Source: Harriotta raleighana
Taxonomy: Eukaryota
Length of the DNA stretch: 64,000 bases
Assembly (NCBI GenBank): GCA_050575255.1
Contig: JBNZDD010013681.1
Span: 3,629,147 to 3,693,146 of the forward strand
Direction of reading: 5' to 3'
Shown piece after piece: positions 23,025-37,583 of the stretch. The number at the start of each line of letters is the position of its first letter. Within the stretch, counting starts at the first letter, position 1. Below the pieces are notes generated by a model. It worked only from the letters and a program-made list of their open reading frames with translations, was not told the DNA's origin and did not search any database. The translations under genes and the position numbers were made by a program.

Positions 23025-23236
23025 GGAAACTGTTGGACAAGTTTCCTTACTCCATGTGCCTAATATTAATCTCCCCCAAATAATTTGGTCATTTCAACAG
23101 TTTGTGGGACACTGCACTGTGCAATTGGTTACCGCGTTCATCGATATACAGTATTTAGTTAATTCGCTTTCTGTGAAGTGCTTTGAGGCATCTAGAAGGT
23201 GTGGAAAGCGCTATATTAAATGCAGCGATTATTATT
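23025..23236 (+). mobile_element. 5'-truncated Deu-SINE
   Basis: caagtttccttactcca...gtttgtgggacactgc...aagcgctatattaaatgc. Confidence 0.8.
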
Positions 23237-23689
23237 TAATCCAATCTAAGTAATATCAATGCAGGATGTGAGGTGGTGGTATAATGTGGAGTTGTAATAT
23301 TCTGTCACAGCTATGGTAAATGCTATGTTTTACCAACTTTGTATTGTAGAATTGTGGGGCGATATTCAGAAGGTATTGGGTCCCTCCTAACAAGAGAGGG
23401 CAAAATGGTAGAAGACTTGGACTCTGGTTTAAATCCCAGTGTATGTTTAGAGGGAGAATCACAGAAGCCTGGTGCTCTGTTGCTTACAAATGTATGGGTT
23501 GGTTTGATTTGATCCCTCAAGAATCACTATAAAAATCAAAGTTTATATTATATACATTTCCTAATAAATTCCTATTAAATAAAGTCATACCATTTTAATA
23601 CCACAAACCCATAGGCAAGTATGAGGGAAAATTTTGAACCTTTATCCTCTGGTGGAGAAAAAATATTTCCAATCCTATTTGCAGTCAGT

Positions 23690-24500
23690 CTTGCATGACA
23701 GACCAAATTGACTGTAGGACACCTTATGATATAGTATATCTGGATGTCTGAAAGGCATTTTGATAAAGTACTATATAAAAAAGACCAAAACAAACCGAAG
23801 TCACTGGATATCAAGGGCAAGATGTGGATACCGAATTGGAATTTGCTGAAAGGATGAGGCAGAGTGCCGTTAAGGGAACTTGGTCTAAATGGAAGAAGAT
23901 ATTAAGTGGTATGTCTTAGAGATCTGTACTGTGACTCTTTTTGTGGTCATTTGAAAAATGATCTTGATTTGCAGAGCTAGAATAAGGTAATTCAATTTAC
24001 AGATTACACCAATTTGGGGGAAACTGAAATCTGAGTAAACCGACAAGTTCCTACAAAGGGCTTTGTAAGAGTATACACATGGGCTGATGACTGGCAACTG
24101 AAGTTCAATATGTGCTAGGCGTTAAATATGGAAAATATGATTAGGAAACGCATGCACTTAATAGATGGGATAAAATGGTTAAGGGAGAAATGGAAAGATC
24201 TAGGTGTGCATGTAGACTTATCAGCATCATCAAAACAGGCTAATAGGATGCCACGTATGTTGGCATAGTAGTTTAGAGTTACAAAGAACAATATAAAGAT
24301 AAACACCAATAAGTGTTTATTTACCCAGAGAGGAATTAACAATTGGAACAGATTCCTAGGAAGTAAGTTGAGATCAGGACCCTGAACTCACTTTTGTTTT
24401 TAAATGTTGTTGTGCTGCAAACAGTTTTTTTAGAAAAATGAGGTCAAATGAGCCAACAATGAATGTAGGGGCTTTTTCATCAAAATCAATCTTGTGAATG
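23690..24500 (+). mobile_element. Highly degraded CR1 LINE RT fragment
   Basis: gatatagtatatctggatgtctgaaaggcattttgataaagt resembles DIVYLDFxKAFDKV; tgggctgatgactggcaactgaagttcaat reads WADDWQLKFN; aaagatctaggtgtg reads KDLGV. Confidence 0.75.
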
Positions 24501-25849
24501 TATATGGAGCTAACTCTTGACTCCCTTTTGACAAATAGTGGTCTTAGTTGCTCTTTAATGTTCTCATCCTTAGCTGGAGGTGTTTTTTTTTGTTTGGTTT
24601 GGCTGAAACGGTTTGGACTGCCAAAACTCCATATGATTTTTTTTTAACTGTCTAGGATCTGAAATGACCTGGTATGACTTATAATGTATAGTACTAGGCA
24701 AAAAATATCCTGTCTGAAATCTATTTTTGCAAAAGTAGATTGAATAACAAATTTCTATTCCATATAAATATTAGACATGCAAGTGTTTGAACTGGTAAAT
24801 AAGCATGCAATTTGACCTAGTATGTCAAATGCACAATAAACTCTTTATAACCAAAATGTAAATTAATTACATGTGCAAGCAGGGCCCAAGAAGCTGTAAT
24901 TTCCAAAAAGAAGTTTTGATTATTCTCAAGAAAAGTTTTTAGAACTCAGTTTGTTAAAGGATTGACAGCTAGACATCATTATGATCCAAAAAGTTGTGGT
25001 GGTGTGAAGACAAATTAACCCAAATGCCAAATAAATATATATGTTTTATATCTGAACGTGTTACGAAAATGCAGAATGCTTCTCTATTGAATTGGCTGGT
25101 TCGTGCAAGTACATGCAGGAAAAGAGATAAATACATGCTGAGAAACAGAATTGACTTCAGCAGCGACCTGGTGATCCGGAAGTGTGATCAATGTGGATTT
25201 TTTCTGTGAATGCAAAATTCTGCATTAAATTCTTTCCTGTAAATCTTTAAAAATAATCCTTACTTTTTATTTAGTGCTTTTAACATTGGGAGGGTATCTC
25301 AAAATGCTTAACAGGAATAGCCTGGAAAATGTAGTAACAATGAGCATTGTTGTGTGCAAATTGGCTGACGTGTTCGGTCACAAACAGCAATGAAGTAAGA
25401 GTGGAAATAGTGAAGACTATAAGTAAGGTGCGTTGAATCTTAGGTTTAAGTTGTAATGTTATATTTGTAAAAATGTGTTGATTAGGCTACAGTTGGAGCT
25501 TTCTGTCCAATTGAGCAGCTATCGGTCTTTGTGAATGTACATCAGCTTTACCAGGATGATATGAAGGAGAAAAGCTTATGGTCATTTGGTGAAAAAAGTT
25601 CATAGTTGTGGCTTTATGGAGTCGAGGAGGAATCTTGAAAGATTTTGAAAACTAGGAGTGGTTTTGATCGGGTCGACCAAAGAGAACTTTTTCTATTTAT
25701 TTAAGGCAGATATTAATTGAGGATTAAAGGGATTCATCAGAGTTATCCTAGGAATGGTTACTAAAATACCCAATAGATTGAGAGTGGCTTTAGATGAATA
25801 ATCTTTCTCCGCTTGCCAGAATTGTGCATCGTGATTGCACATAATGTAG

Positions 25850-26340
25850 TATAAGTGACTGGAGATATTAATACAAGCTGCAGCCTGCTGAGTGAAAGCA
25901 GGTTGATTTAGGGTTAGTATGTCACAGAGGAAGAAAGCAACAAGTCCATGAAAGCCCTTTTAGACGAGGACGAGAATTTTTGACTCTATTCTCTGGGGGA
26001 TGTGGAGCGGGAGAGGACACAGAGTTCTGGATGATTTGCAACTTGTTTAGGAAACAGTTGGGAAGCTGAGAAGCAGGAAGTTAGGAATAGTGAAGCCTAA
26101 ATGTGACGAGTGCTTGAATGAGAGTTTTGGTGGTCTGAGAGTTGAGGAAGTTGCAGAGCAGAGGTGACCAGTGTACCAAGATGACTTGTGACATGTGGTG
26201 CGGGAGATAATGGGAGGCAAGAGCATTGAGAGTGGTGGAGGAGTTGTGAAGGAGAATGACCGAGGAAGATTGCAAGCAGAAGTGCAGAGGGAAAGGAGTT
26301 CAGATGACTCCAGGAACGTGGAGAGGGATTGGAGGGAGAT
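25850..26340 (-). mobile_element. Older diverged L2 ORF2 C-terminal fragment
   Basis: Minus-strand TLIQALVTFRLHYS..LQIIQNS, homologous to TLIHAFVTSRLNYG..LQNSAAR of the adjacent copy. Confidence 0.65.
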
Positions 26341-26344
26341 TTTT

Positions 26345-28150
26345 TTTTCTAAGAGTCTTGAAGGAGGAAAGGAAGGAAGCAAGGTGGAGGGGCTGCGGGA
26401 TGGAGTTCCACAGTGTGGAAGCAGAGAGGCTGAAAGCCCAGCCTCCGATGGTTGGGCGCAGAGCAGGCCTGAGTCTGCTGAAAGGAGGGAGCAGGTAGGC
26501 TGATAGGGAAATAGTAGGTCAGAGAGATAGGCTGAGGTAAGGCCGTGAATGGCCTAGAAGGTGAGGACGAGGATCTTGAATTCGATCCTCTGAGGGATGG
26601 GGAGCCAGTGGAGACGGACGAGGATGGGAGTGATATGGTTGCAGAGCTTAGTGCGGGAGAGTATTCGAGCTGCAGAATTTTGAAGCCTGTGAAGGGAGGA
26701 GCTGGGAAGGCCGACAAGGAGAGAGTTCCCATAGTTGAGCCTAGATGTGACAAAGGCATGTATAAGTGTTTCGGCAAGGTGGGGGGTGAGGTAGTGGCGG
26801 AGTCTGGCAATATTGCGGAAATGGTGGAAAGCTGTACCGGTCATGGAGAAGAAATGAGGGAGGAAGGACAGTTTGGGGTCAAACAAGACGCCCAGATTCC
26901 TGACTGGCTTCGAGAGGTGCAGAGAGCAGCCTTGAATGTTGATGTTGTCAGCGCCTGAGGTGTGGAGGCGCTGACGCGAGCCACTCAGGAAGGCTTCCGT
27001 CTTGTTGACATTGAGTTGGAGGAAGTTGGCACTCACCCAGGACTCGATGTCGGTCAGACATGCAGTCAGAGCGCCAGTAGTCCTGGAGTCGAAGGTGGAC
27101 GCAGAAAGGTAGAGTTGGGTGTTATCCGCATACATGTGGAAATTTACCCCATATCTGCGGATGATGTTGCCCAGGGGGAGCATATAGAGGGTGAAGAGCA
27201 GGAGGCCAAGGACAGAGCGCTGGGGAATGTCTCATGTGACTGTGCGGGGGCTGGAGGAAAAGCTGTTGGAAGAGACAAAGTGTAGGCAGTGGGAGAGATA
27301 TGACTGGAACCAGTCAAGGACAGAGTCTTGAAGGAGAGGCGGTGGAGGAGGATTGTGTGGTTGACGGTGTTGAAGGCAGTGGATAGGTTGAGGAGCACGA
27401 GGAGGCAAAAGGAGCCTTGGTCACAGATGGTCAGGATGTCGTTGGTGATCTTGACCAGAGCAGATTCCGTGCTGTGGGAAGTGCGGAAACCCGATTGGAG
27501 GAGTGAGAGGAAAGAGCAGAGCTTGGAGGCAACCACTCTTTCCAGGACTTTGGAGAGGAAGGGGAGGTTGGAGATGGGCCAGTAGCTTGATAGCTGCAAC
27601 TCATCAAGGGAAGGTTTTTTTTAGGACGGTGGTGATAGTGGCAGTTTTGAGGGGAGTGAGAACAGTGCCGGATGAAAGGGACAGGTTGATGGTGACGGAG
27701 ATTAGTGGGGCTAGGAGGTGGAGCTGGGTGGTGAGGAGCAGGGTAGGGCTTCATCGCGGAGATAGTTTTTTTTGACGGAGGATGGGGAGATGGGATTCAA
27801 GGTGTGGAAGGAGGGATGGGTCTGAGACGGGGTGGGGATGGAGTGAAAGCTGGAGGGACAGTGACCGCAGATTTTGGACTCGAGGAAATCCAGCATCTCC
27901 TTGCGGCGAGAGTTCAAGGAGAGGATCTGTGAGGCGAGGCAAGGTGGACAGGAGCTGGTTGGTGGTAGAGAAGAGAAGCCGGGGGTTGTCCTTCGCCTCC
28001 AGGATTATCTTGGATTAGAAGGACGATTTGGCGGAGGATAGGATGGAGTGGTAAGATTATGTGAGATCCAGCCAGATATGCCGGTGGATTTGAGCCAGGT
28101 GTGTTCAAATCCGCACTTATAGGGATTGAGGAGTTGAGAGCGATGAAGTA
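26345..28150 (-). mobile_element. L2 LINE ORF2 (reverse transcriptase) pseudogene fragment, frameshifted
   Basis: ORFs 27144-27599 (PISNLPFLSKVLERVV..QSGFR..HSTESALVKITND) and 26554-27183 (HMYADNTQLY, with the catalytic YADD mutated; VRNLGVLFD; HITPILVRLHWLPI). Confidence 0.93.
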
Positions 28151-28609
28151 GTGGTCTGTGATTACTTTTCCGATGTTGGTGAAGTCCGAGATGCTGAGGT
28201 CCCAGGTAATTACCAGATCAAGTGTTGGCCATGGACCTCTGTGGAAGAGTTTTCAGTATCTTTAGACATATGCTATATGCTCATCTTATATGGTGTGAAT
28301 CAGTCATTTGGAACCCTCAAATGTCACTCATTAATTCTTTGTTCCACCTTTAAAAATTTACACAGAACTATTCTTCAAAGATTTAAATAGGCTCCTACAT
28401 GAGTTAATATAAGTAAGGTGGTGGAGGCAGAGAGTATCTTAATTGAATCACACCAAAGTCTGGTTTGAATGATCAATGGCTGTATAAATGTTAAATGCTC
28501 ATTTATTCTTTTTCCAATATGTTGCATGGCAGCAAACAGTACAACAATGTCCGATATATAGGAAAATTTATTTTACACCACATGTTGATCATCAAAGATG
28601 ATGGTTACC

Positions 28610-28693
28610 ATAGTGATTAGTAGTTCACCTTGCAAGGCCCCGGCTTGATTTCTTGCCAGGGCGAAATCTTGGGCAAGTGTCCTTACTCCACAC
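28610..28693 (+). mobile_element. SINE head fragment
   Basis: cagggcgaaatcttgggcaagtgtccttactccaca. Confidence 0.6.
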
Positions 28694-28998
28694 TCTTCTT
28701 TTTATCTAGCAATACTCTATTGGTTACTGTACTACAGTAGATCTCAAATTCACTAGGTAATCATTTTTATATAACAATACAGTAAAGATATTAGACTCTC
28801 AATGTGAAAGGTGTTATACAAATGTAGTTTTGTTGTTGTAATCACTGTCAGTTTTTTAAAATTTTGTGACTTCAAATGGGAATTATCGGAATTTTGGAGC
28901 CAGTATACTTTTTTTTTGCAGGTTATAGTTTTCGTTAGGATGTACTTTTATTTGGAAAAAGTGTGGTCTTACTAAATTTTGATTTTCTGAATAATCAG

Positions 28999-29109
28999 GT
29001 TTCTGAACTGGAATGCCTGAGTGGCCAGGCAAATGTGCTTAAGACGCACAAAACTGAATTGAACCGAACAATAGAAGAATTGGAGACGCAAATGAGAGAC
29101 AAAGAGGAG
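28999..29109 (+). CDS. HOMER1: Homer1 coding exon 7, 111 bp
   Basis: aatcag|GTT TCT...GAG GAG|gtaagg; VSELECLSGQANVLKTHKTELNRTIEELETQMRDKEE. Confidence 0.96.
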
Positions 29110-29199
29110 GTAAGGACAAAATATTACTTTCTTCAAACTTTTCTATTCATACTGAGAAACATTTTGCATGTTTGTACATTGACTTGTATCTCAACTGCT

Positions 29200-29325
29200 G
29201 TGAATGATTGCCTGCCATAATACACCCACAAATATACGGTCAATTCGCTTTACAGTATATTCTGTGAAGCGGTTTAAGACGTCTAGAAGACGTGAAAATT
29301 GCCATGTCAAAAATGCAAGGAATAT
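29200..29325 (+). mobile_element. SINE 3' fragment
   Basis: cccacaaatatacggtcaattcgctttacagtatattctgtgaagcg... Confidence 0.8.
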
Positions 29326-30315
29326 TTATCCATTGTTACAGGTGTTTCAATCCCATCAATAACTCTCTTGCTTGTGTTTTTCCCAAACCCATCAATTCTG
29401 GAAAACTTAAGTTTGGCAATTGACAGTAGAATGCTGCCTTTCCATTGTGTGCAATTCAGCAAAGGCTTAGCTAAAATTGACTTTTTGGCATACAATAATA
29501 ACCCACTCTAACACAAAGTTAGCAACATGTGTGAAGTTTTTGTATAAACCATTTAAACAGATTTCAAATAATTAACATTAAAAGCTATGAATCCTTTTAG
29601 TCTGGTACCTTTAATTTGTTGTCAAAAAAAATCTTTGTTCTGCTGTTTACAAAGAATGGCTTACAACTGATCTTGTGTGAAAGGTTTAAGAGAACAATCT
29701 GTTCAAATTACTTGTTCTGCTAGTTGATGTCATTACAACTGATTTGACTTGAATCTTGTCATTTGCAGCTTTACCAAAAATGGAATACATTTGGTGTTCC
29801 TTGCTGGTCCTAGTGACCGGTTAGTTTAATTGGGCTACATTGGAGCCCAGAGTATATTAATTCTAATTTTAATTGAAACCTTCCTGGCAATTGATCTTGA
29901 AGCCTCCTAATCCTAGGAAACTACTATTGTAAACATATATCTGTTATATGCTATACTACTAAAACATTATTACTGCATATGATTGTTGATCCCAATAATT
30001 TGACCAAACTTCCTATTGTGTATTAAATAAGCTGTTTCAAATGTAAGAATGTTGATTTGGATGAGATCAAATGGTCTTCAACCAAACTGATCTTGTATTT
30101 TGTTTCTTTGCCAAACCGATCCCAAGTTCATTCTTCCCATTAGCTTCTGAATTTTATTCTTCCTAGTAGTGAAGGATGAGAAATGTAATTCTGAACAGAA
30201 GAAATTCAATTTTTGCAGAATGATTAATGATTTGTGCTGAGGCATGACATTTTTGGTTGTTTTTCACCTTTGCCAGATGACTGCTTACACTAACATATGT
30301 TCCTATTTTTGTTAG

Positions 30316-30396
30316 GAAATTGAGAGACTGAAGAAGGATATTGAAGGAGCTAGGGAACTTGAGGCACAGAGAGATACATTATCGCAGCAACTGCAG
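30316..30396 (+). CDS. HOMER1: Homer1 coding exon 8, 81 bp
   Basis: tgttag|GAA ATT...CTG CAG|gtaagc; EIERLKKDIEGARELEAQRDTLSQQLQ. Confidence 0.96.
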
Positions 30397-33300
30397 GTAA
30401 GCGCAAAGGCTGCTCGTCCACCATTCAGATTTCTTGGTCAATCTTGCATAACTTCTCTATAAATTTTGTTCTGCTGAATAATGCCAACTCTTGCTGAGTT
30501 CATCTTCCATCTGGAAGGGTGGGATTATCCTCGAGTTGTTTTTCCTATCATGAATATTGCTCTGCATCCATTTCCGGGTTACTTGATAGTGGCTTCAGGT
30601 GGATTACTGAAAGAGCTGCCTTCTAAAAGGATGTCTATCTGAAGGCTGAGCTACACTGCTGCTTTCTTGACCCGGGGATAAAATAAGTGCAAAAGGCATT
30701 CTTCTGGTATAACGTGATGTTGCTAGATGATAAAAATTTACAAAAGTCCTGAAAATTGGATCTCCTGCAGAAGAAAGAATTTTTATATCAGCAGGTTATT
30801 ATTTACAGCCAATGACACACTTAGTTAAATATCATAACGTTAATGAAATATGGAAATGGGGAGAATTGTTTTACCAATATATTTATGTACTTTGCTGAAT
30901 CTCATACTTGGCACAAGTATTTTTTGGCTACAAGTCCAAACTTCCTTTACTATTAGAGAATTGGTTGCATTGTCATGTGATTGCACTGCATTCTAAACAT
31001 ACAACACAAATAAATGGACTAATAATCTGCATCTGAAATACCCTGGTTAGTCTGATGCACCAAACAAACAACTTGTTATCGAGTATCATTGATGACCAGG
31101 AGGCAGGTACCAACACACCCAGCTGTACGTTTTTCAGAAAGTAGGAATGAGTACTCTTCTATTCCATACCAATTCATCTGTGGAGTTCTGCATTCAACCA
31201 TCAGCAATAATAATAATAATGTTATGCTGCTGTTAATCTATTAAGTTTATAAATGTATCACAATTGATTAGAGTTTTAGATGGTTTGCTTGTCACCTGCC
31301 AGATCCTACTTTTAAGGTGCTTTAAAGCTGCAGAAAGGCCTTCTCAATCAATGCCCAGAACAGGTATTTCAAAGCTTCCTGTTACAGAATGGTCTGATTT
31401 GTATTCAAGGAAGATCCAGGATGATCTAGTTCTGCAAACTGATATTCAACAGTTGTAGGACAATGTAGGCATCCCATGTATCTTCCCATAAACTGTCTTC
31501 TAAGGATGGCTGTTTGTACCCATACACTTTGTGTATATGAACTACTCTGGAATATTGAGCAAAGTGCAGTCATCATGACATTGCTTACCTTGGTTTATTT
31601 AGCATAGGGTTGCCTATGCTATCAAGCATTTTCATAAGATACTCTACGGGTTGGGAGTGGTTGGGATAAGAGTGCAGCCTGTATTACTCATACACTCTAT
31701 ATGTAAAATTAGTGTTTGGGGAAAATTTGAGTATTTGATGCTCTAGACCTCTGAGTACAGAGTGCCTGCTCCTGTCAATTGGATGATAAGTTAATGCATG
31801 AAGGGTACTGAGGGAGTCACCCAGAACTAAACCATCCCTTTATAGCTTTTTATACCCTCACTGTTAAAATGTTGCTCCCATCAATATGTGTTAAATACTA
31901 TTGTCTTTTGGGCGACAGTCAATGTCTGAGTTACTGGAAATCTAAACTGAAATTCCATATGGCTGAGTATTCTGACAAAGCCTCTTTGTTTAACTCTGCA
32001 CCCAAGTCCAGAGAAGCAATAGAAGATTTCTCTGATCTCCAGGTAGCAACCAGCTGTTTCTTTCTTTTCTTCCCTTCTTTCATTTTTTCTCTCCCCATCC
32101 CCACTCCCACCTTTTTTGACTGGCATGTTATCTGGGATATCCTGTACAGAATCTATTTGATTTTCCATTCTTTACACTGTTTCTCTCCCCCCTTAAAAAA
32201 AAATAAAACCTGTACATAGACAGGAAAGGTTTCCCTCAGAACTGTAAAATAGTTGACAACTATATCTTCTGAACAGCTGAACGTCTAGAAGACATGAAAA
32301 GCACTATATCAAATGCAACAATTATTACTATATTATAAGATCTTTTAATCATAATGGTGACACTTGGTGAAATTTAGAAAAGTAATTGGAAAAAATCAGC
32401 TGCAAATTGGAGACCCCATCTCTGCTCTGTAAAGGTTCTCAAGAAATTGTAACTGAGCTGAAGATAGGCAAATATTGCATTCGTCTTTCTAGTTATCTGT
32501 GGGCTGCAATTGAGAATAATCCCCTTTTTGTAGATTTGGTTAACAATTTTTTTTAGTTACTACGTGAATCTCCATGCCTTCTTGGCTGCTATCTGTAAAA
32601 CAGAGAAATCAGTTAATTAGGTGTCAGAAGTTGCTGCTTAATCCAATCACGTTTCCCTCTAAATTTACAACAATAAAATTACATTTATAGAGCACCTTTC
32701 ATGCCGGGAGGATGTCCCAAGGCACTGGAGTTTAGATAATTATTTATTCTTCCATATGCTGTTGTCCTTCAAATGAAATGTTGCACATCCCAATTGTTCC
32801 CTGTACATTGATTGAGACTAAGTTAATGCAGTAGGGTGAAGGTCAAAGTCAGAGACAATTTTCAATATTTAATAAATGCATGATGGGTAGTGAAAAAACC
32901 TTGATCTATATTGAGGATAAAGCTGCTTGAGTTTTGTTTCTACTCTGTTAATGCTCTACTCTGAGGCAGGATGGTCCATCTGATTTCATCCCCTACCCCA
33001 CCCCCCTCATCTATTTCATCTGGCGCACCTACTCCCACAACAACCCATAGGGAAACACAAAAATATTGCTTATGTGGTCCGTGGAGTTTCCTCAAATGGG
33101 GTATTCAGTGCTCAGCATACAAAGGTTGGCCAACCTTCAAATGAATCATTTCAAATGTTTAAACTTCAGTTTATATTGTAGCTGGTTCAACTGTTAATAA
33201 ATAACTTTTTGGGGTAGATATTTACCTTCGTTTATTACTGTATTTTCTAGATAGGAAGGAGTGAGAGCTCAGCTAACCCTGAACCTCTGAAGAAATTTCA

Positions 33301-35659
33301 GATTTATTGCATTAACATTGACCAAGTATATTCGGAATTCGCCTTCAAGGCTACCATGGCAACAGTCTTTTAACCTCTTGGTCTTATGACTTAAGAAGCA
33401 GTTGTTTTGAAGTATTGGAGACCAGCAGAATTAAGGCTATTTTGAACTTTTAAGCCTGGTTAATCTCTAGAGGTGAGATTTCTTCAGAGCAGTTGGGCAA
33501 GGCTGCAACCCTATTTACAGTGACCTAAAATGAAAAGCAACAATATCTAAAAAGGATGTTTCAAAATTGCCTTATTCTCATAAAACTGGTTGAGTATTAA
33601 GATTAATTCAGGCAATATCTGCTGCACTGTTTGAATCAGGATGCAGGTTTTATCAGATAAGTAATATAAAGTGGCAGTAATAAGATGGTCACTGCACCTT
33701 GCTCCAGTTACTGAAAGCATTGGAACTGGGATTGAAGTTTCAAGGGCTACAAAGTCTGAAGTTATGAAAAGTTAATGTGATTGTCTGAAAGCTGGGACTG
33801 ACACGCCGAAGAACAAGAATGGAAATGAAGAACAGAAGGATCCCTGGATCTTTCTAGATGTATCCCAACCATCACAATGGCAGAATTTGCAAGAAATTAG
33901 CATCTATAGCTGCAAAGTTGTAGATGGGCAATAACTCATAAATGCTGCACAGTGCAATATTACTAAAGAACCTATTAAAGGTGTATGTTTGTGGAAACGA
34001 TTAGGAAGATTCATCCTCTTAACCAGCAGATGTTTTGATGTCTCAAAGGAGACTTGATTGCAATCCAAGAATATGGATAATATCACAAGACTTGTCTTAA
34101 AAGAATGTGCAATGATTCTACAACTCACACTTCAAAAGCCTGTAGTATTCCAGTGATCCATAATCTTTTTCCAAAATATTCATTTGAAGAATGACCTGGA
34201 CATAAAAGATCATTGTTGTGAATGAACAATTTGACTAGGTATCCTGCTTTGAGAAGTATGACTGACTTATTGATAACTTTCTTCATTCCTATCTACTGAG
34301 AAATCTACCTGATCATTTTCCTTGTTGCACACAAATTGGCCTTATGTTGGTGCTTCAGGTCAAACACCTATTGTCTTGTCTGATCAACTACAACACAAAA
34401 GAATTTGCTTTGGATTTAAGAGAAAACCAAGATTGCTTGGCTATGTGAACCAGGATAAGATGAATCTCTTTGATTTTATTGACTATCAATGAAACACAAT
34501 ACAGTATTGTTTTTTAAATTCTGTTTTTAAAAATGTGATGATGCAAGAATGTGATTATAACTTTGATGTGAACAATTAAGCACTACTTTAGCAAATGTAT
34601 TTGGAAGATTTTGGATTTACTAAATGTCCTTGTTAAATAAAGAATGATTTAAGTAGTTACAAACAGAAATAACCTGTTTACCTATGCACAAAGTGCTCTT
34701 GTGAGGCTTATGGCTGGCCTGATGTACTCTGGCACCAGTGTTTGATCCTGGCTCTTGTGACCTGATATCTAGAAACACATTTTTTAATATAGTGCAATGA
34801 AATCTTAGGTTTTGAAATGTTTCATTTTGGAGGATTTTTAAAAAAAAAACTTAGGACCAAAATACTACCTAAGGCGTACTTAGTACTCAGCCTTTAAGCC
34901 CTGAGTTTAGTAAACCCAGAAATAATAGGATTCTTCTTGACAGGTTAAGATGGAATCTTACTTTAGTGTGTAAAACTTGAAATTCTATTTGTATTCTACA
35001 GTATTTCTATTTGTATATGACTTGAAAAGGAAGTTACTCTAGTTCTTAGTTCTGAAAAAATTCTTATTGCACTGCTTGAATAAATATTTTTGGAAAATTT
35101 CCTATGGTGTGGGTCTGAGCTTCTTGCTTTACATTAAGATTAAGTACACATGTTGTATTGTGGGACTTTTGAAGGGATTCTGACAGAAATTTGTCAAATT
35201 AATGTGCTAGTTCCTGGATGTTTAGTTTTTTAAATGCATTAATTTGATATCTCATTCTATTTGAGTTCAGGGACTTTCTCTTTCATCTTCTATTCCTGCA
35301 TGAGGTCGGCCAGTGAATTGCACACAACAAGCAATGCTTTTATAAATCGGTAAACAGCTAAGTGTGATTAGCTCCTTGTACTAACAAGCAGCTTCTACTG
35401 TGAGTAAATGCTTATCATTTGTTAATGTTCACCACAGAATTCAGTAGGCAAGTATTTAATCATTTCCTATGGGACTTTCAAAAAGATAACAATTCATTTA
35501 TATAAATACTTTCAATAAAGATCTCCATTTATCTTTGAGTAGAGAATGGACCAAACAAGCTCTGTATCCATTACCTTCCATGAGTAGCATAATGTTAAAA
35601 TGGTTTGTTTTTGACCATTAAATCCAAGACTTTCATTAAATCCATGCTTGTGTCCAGGC

Positions 35660-36265
35660 TTGACTATGCAGTCTGAGATGCCGTCCGGTGTGGAGGGTGC
35701 TATATAAATCAAAGTTGTTGTTGTTATGCTAATTACTTGATCTCCAGGCATCCCACCTCTTCCCGCCCCCCCCCACCCCAAAAAAAAAACTGCGGATTAT
35801 TCAGAACTCTGCAATTCATGTCCTCTCCTGCAACAAGCTATGCAAACTGATCACCCCCACTCTCACCTGGCTTCACTGGCTCCGCATCCCACAGAGGATT
35901 GAATTTAAGATTGTCATCCTCATTTTTAAAACTCTTCACAGTTTTGCTCCTCCCTTCCTCTGCGACCTACTAAAACTTTATTAATCTATACAGTCCCTCA
36001 GCTAGGCCATCACTGGCCTGCTCTGTGTCCCCGTCATGCCCGCCTTACTATTGTCAGATAGCCTTTCCGCCCCAATCTCTGGAACTCCATCCCAGAATCC
36101 CTTCATCTTGCCTCTTTCAAGCCCTGTCTCAAGAACTTCCTCTAAAGTCGTCCATCCCCTTCACCCCTCTTAGCTCCAAACCCCTAGCTTGGTTCCAAAT
36201 CCTTGTCTGGAACTTTTGGACCTCCTTCCAACCTGATGGGTGCCATACAAATGAAAGTTGTGTTT
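35660..36265 (+). mobile_element. Degraded L2 3' fragment(s)
   Basis: attcagaactctgca...atcacccccactctcacctggcttcactggctcc...attgaatttaagattgtcatcctcatttttaaa (IQNSA..ITPTL..LHWL..IEFKI). Confidence 0.75.
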
Positions 36266-37103
36266 TGTAAATACAGTACCATGATTCATTTAAATATATC
36301 CAAACTATTTTCTATCTCTGGTAATGGTGGTTCTTTTATCAGACAAATATTTAATTATTTGACAGACTTTATAATAGGCAAAATCATGTTTTGATGCCAT
36401 CTGCCCCCAAAACCCACATTCATTACATTTTTTTTACCATGAAGTGGTTTGATGACATCCTCCTGATTTGAAAAGCATCATATACCAGATGTAAGGATTA
36501 TTTGGATTATTATAAGCAAAAGTGATTCAAAATTGCACATAAAACCAAGAGGAATTCCAATGATCTGCCTCAGTGTGCTTCACAATGGGGAGGAAAAGAG
36601 GCAATGATTTTTTGAAACAGTCTGGAAAAGGATTCAAAGATTTGCTGAACAACATAGTAAAGTTGATATGCAGTACACACTGGGGTTGGATGTTTTGGGA
36701 TTCTTTCGTTTGCTGCCTTCTCTCTTTCTTGCCCTCTCTAACTAACTAGATGAAAGGAATTTGTGTTAGATGAGGTAGAGCCCCAATAAAACTAAAGGCA
36801 AAAGTTGTATTTACCTGGATCAATCTTCAGTGCATGTGTTTTTTTATTAAACATATCTCCCAAAACAGAGCGTGCTTTAGAATTTGTGATGTTATAGAAT
36901 TTGTAGTGGTTCTTTTCTAGCCTTTCTCAAACTCTCTAAAATCTGCTTTCACTTTACATTTGGGGTACATTAGGATAAATTGAATTTCGCTGCTTATATA
37001 ACAATCAAATTCATGTACCAACACACTACATAAAGTAATCTGATCAACAATTTCTATTCTGTCAAAACTCAAATACAATAAAGTACAAATTTCTGGTCAA
37101 ACA

Positions 37104-37200
37104 ACAACAATCCGTGCATTTGATATAGTCTTTAAGATGTCTCAAAGCACTTCACAAAATACACTGTAAAGTGTAGTTACTGTCTATTTTGTGGGTGAAA
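37104..37200 (-). mobile_element. SINE 3' fragment (minus)
   Basis: tgcatttgatatagt...gatgtctcaaagcacttcaca. Confidence 0.75.
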
Positions 37201-37583
37201 TTCAGGTCAATCTTATATTTGATTGGTCACTTACCTTGAAGTAAGCATTTCATCACCTGAACATTTTTAGGAGTTATAGATACCTACTTAATAATCACAA
37301 CACTGAAAACTGTTGAGACTGTATTAGGACTACTTCTTTCTATTCGCATTTCTAAAATAAATACGGGCACCATTCAGAAATTGCTCGCTGCGTACCTCAT
37401 TATAACAGATAGTTTTGACCATCTTACAAATGAACATACAAAGCAGCCCAGGTAGAGTTTCCAGGTGAATGATTTCGGGGAGCACACTGCACAATTGTGT
37501 GGATAGCTGACTGATTTTGCAATGAGAGAAGATGGCCAACTTCCAGATTGCAGCCAATTTCCCTTCCTATAAGCTATACAAGA

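Noticed and set aside
26554-27599. 209-aa and 151-aa RT-like ORFs as a functional or domesticated gene
   Set aside because: Frameshifted, truncated, and the catalytic YADD is changed to YADN; an ordinary dead L2
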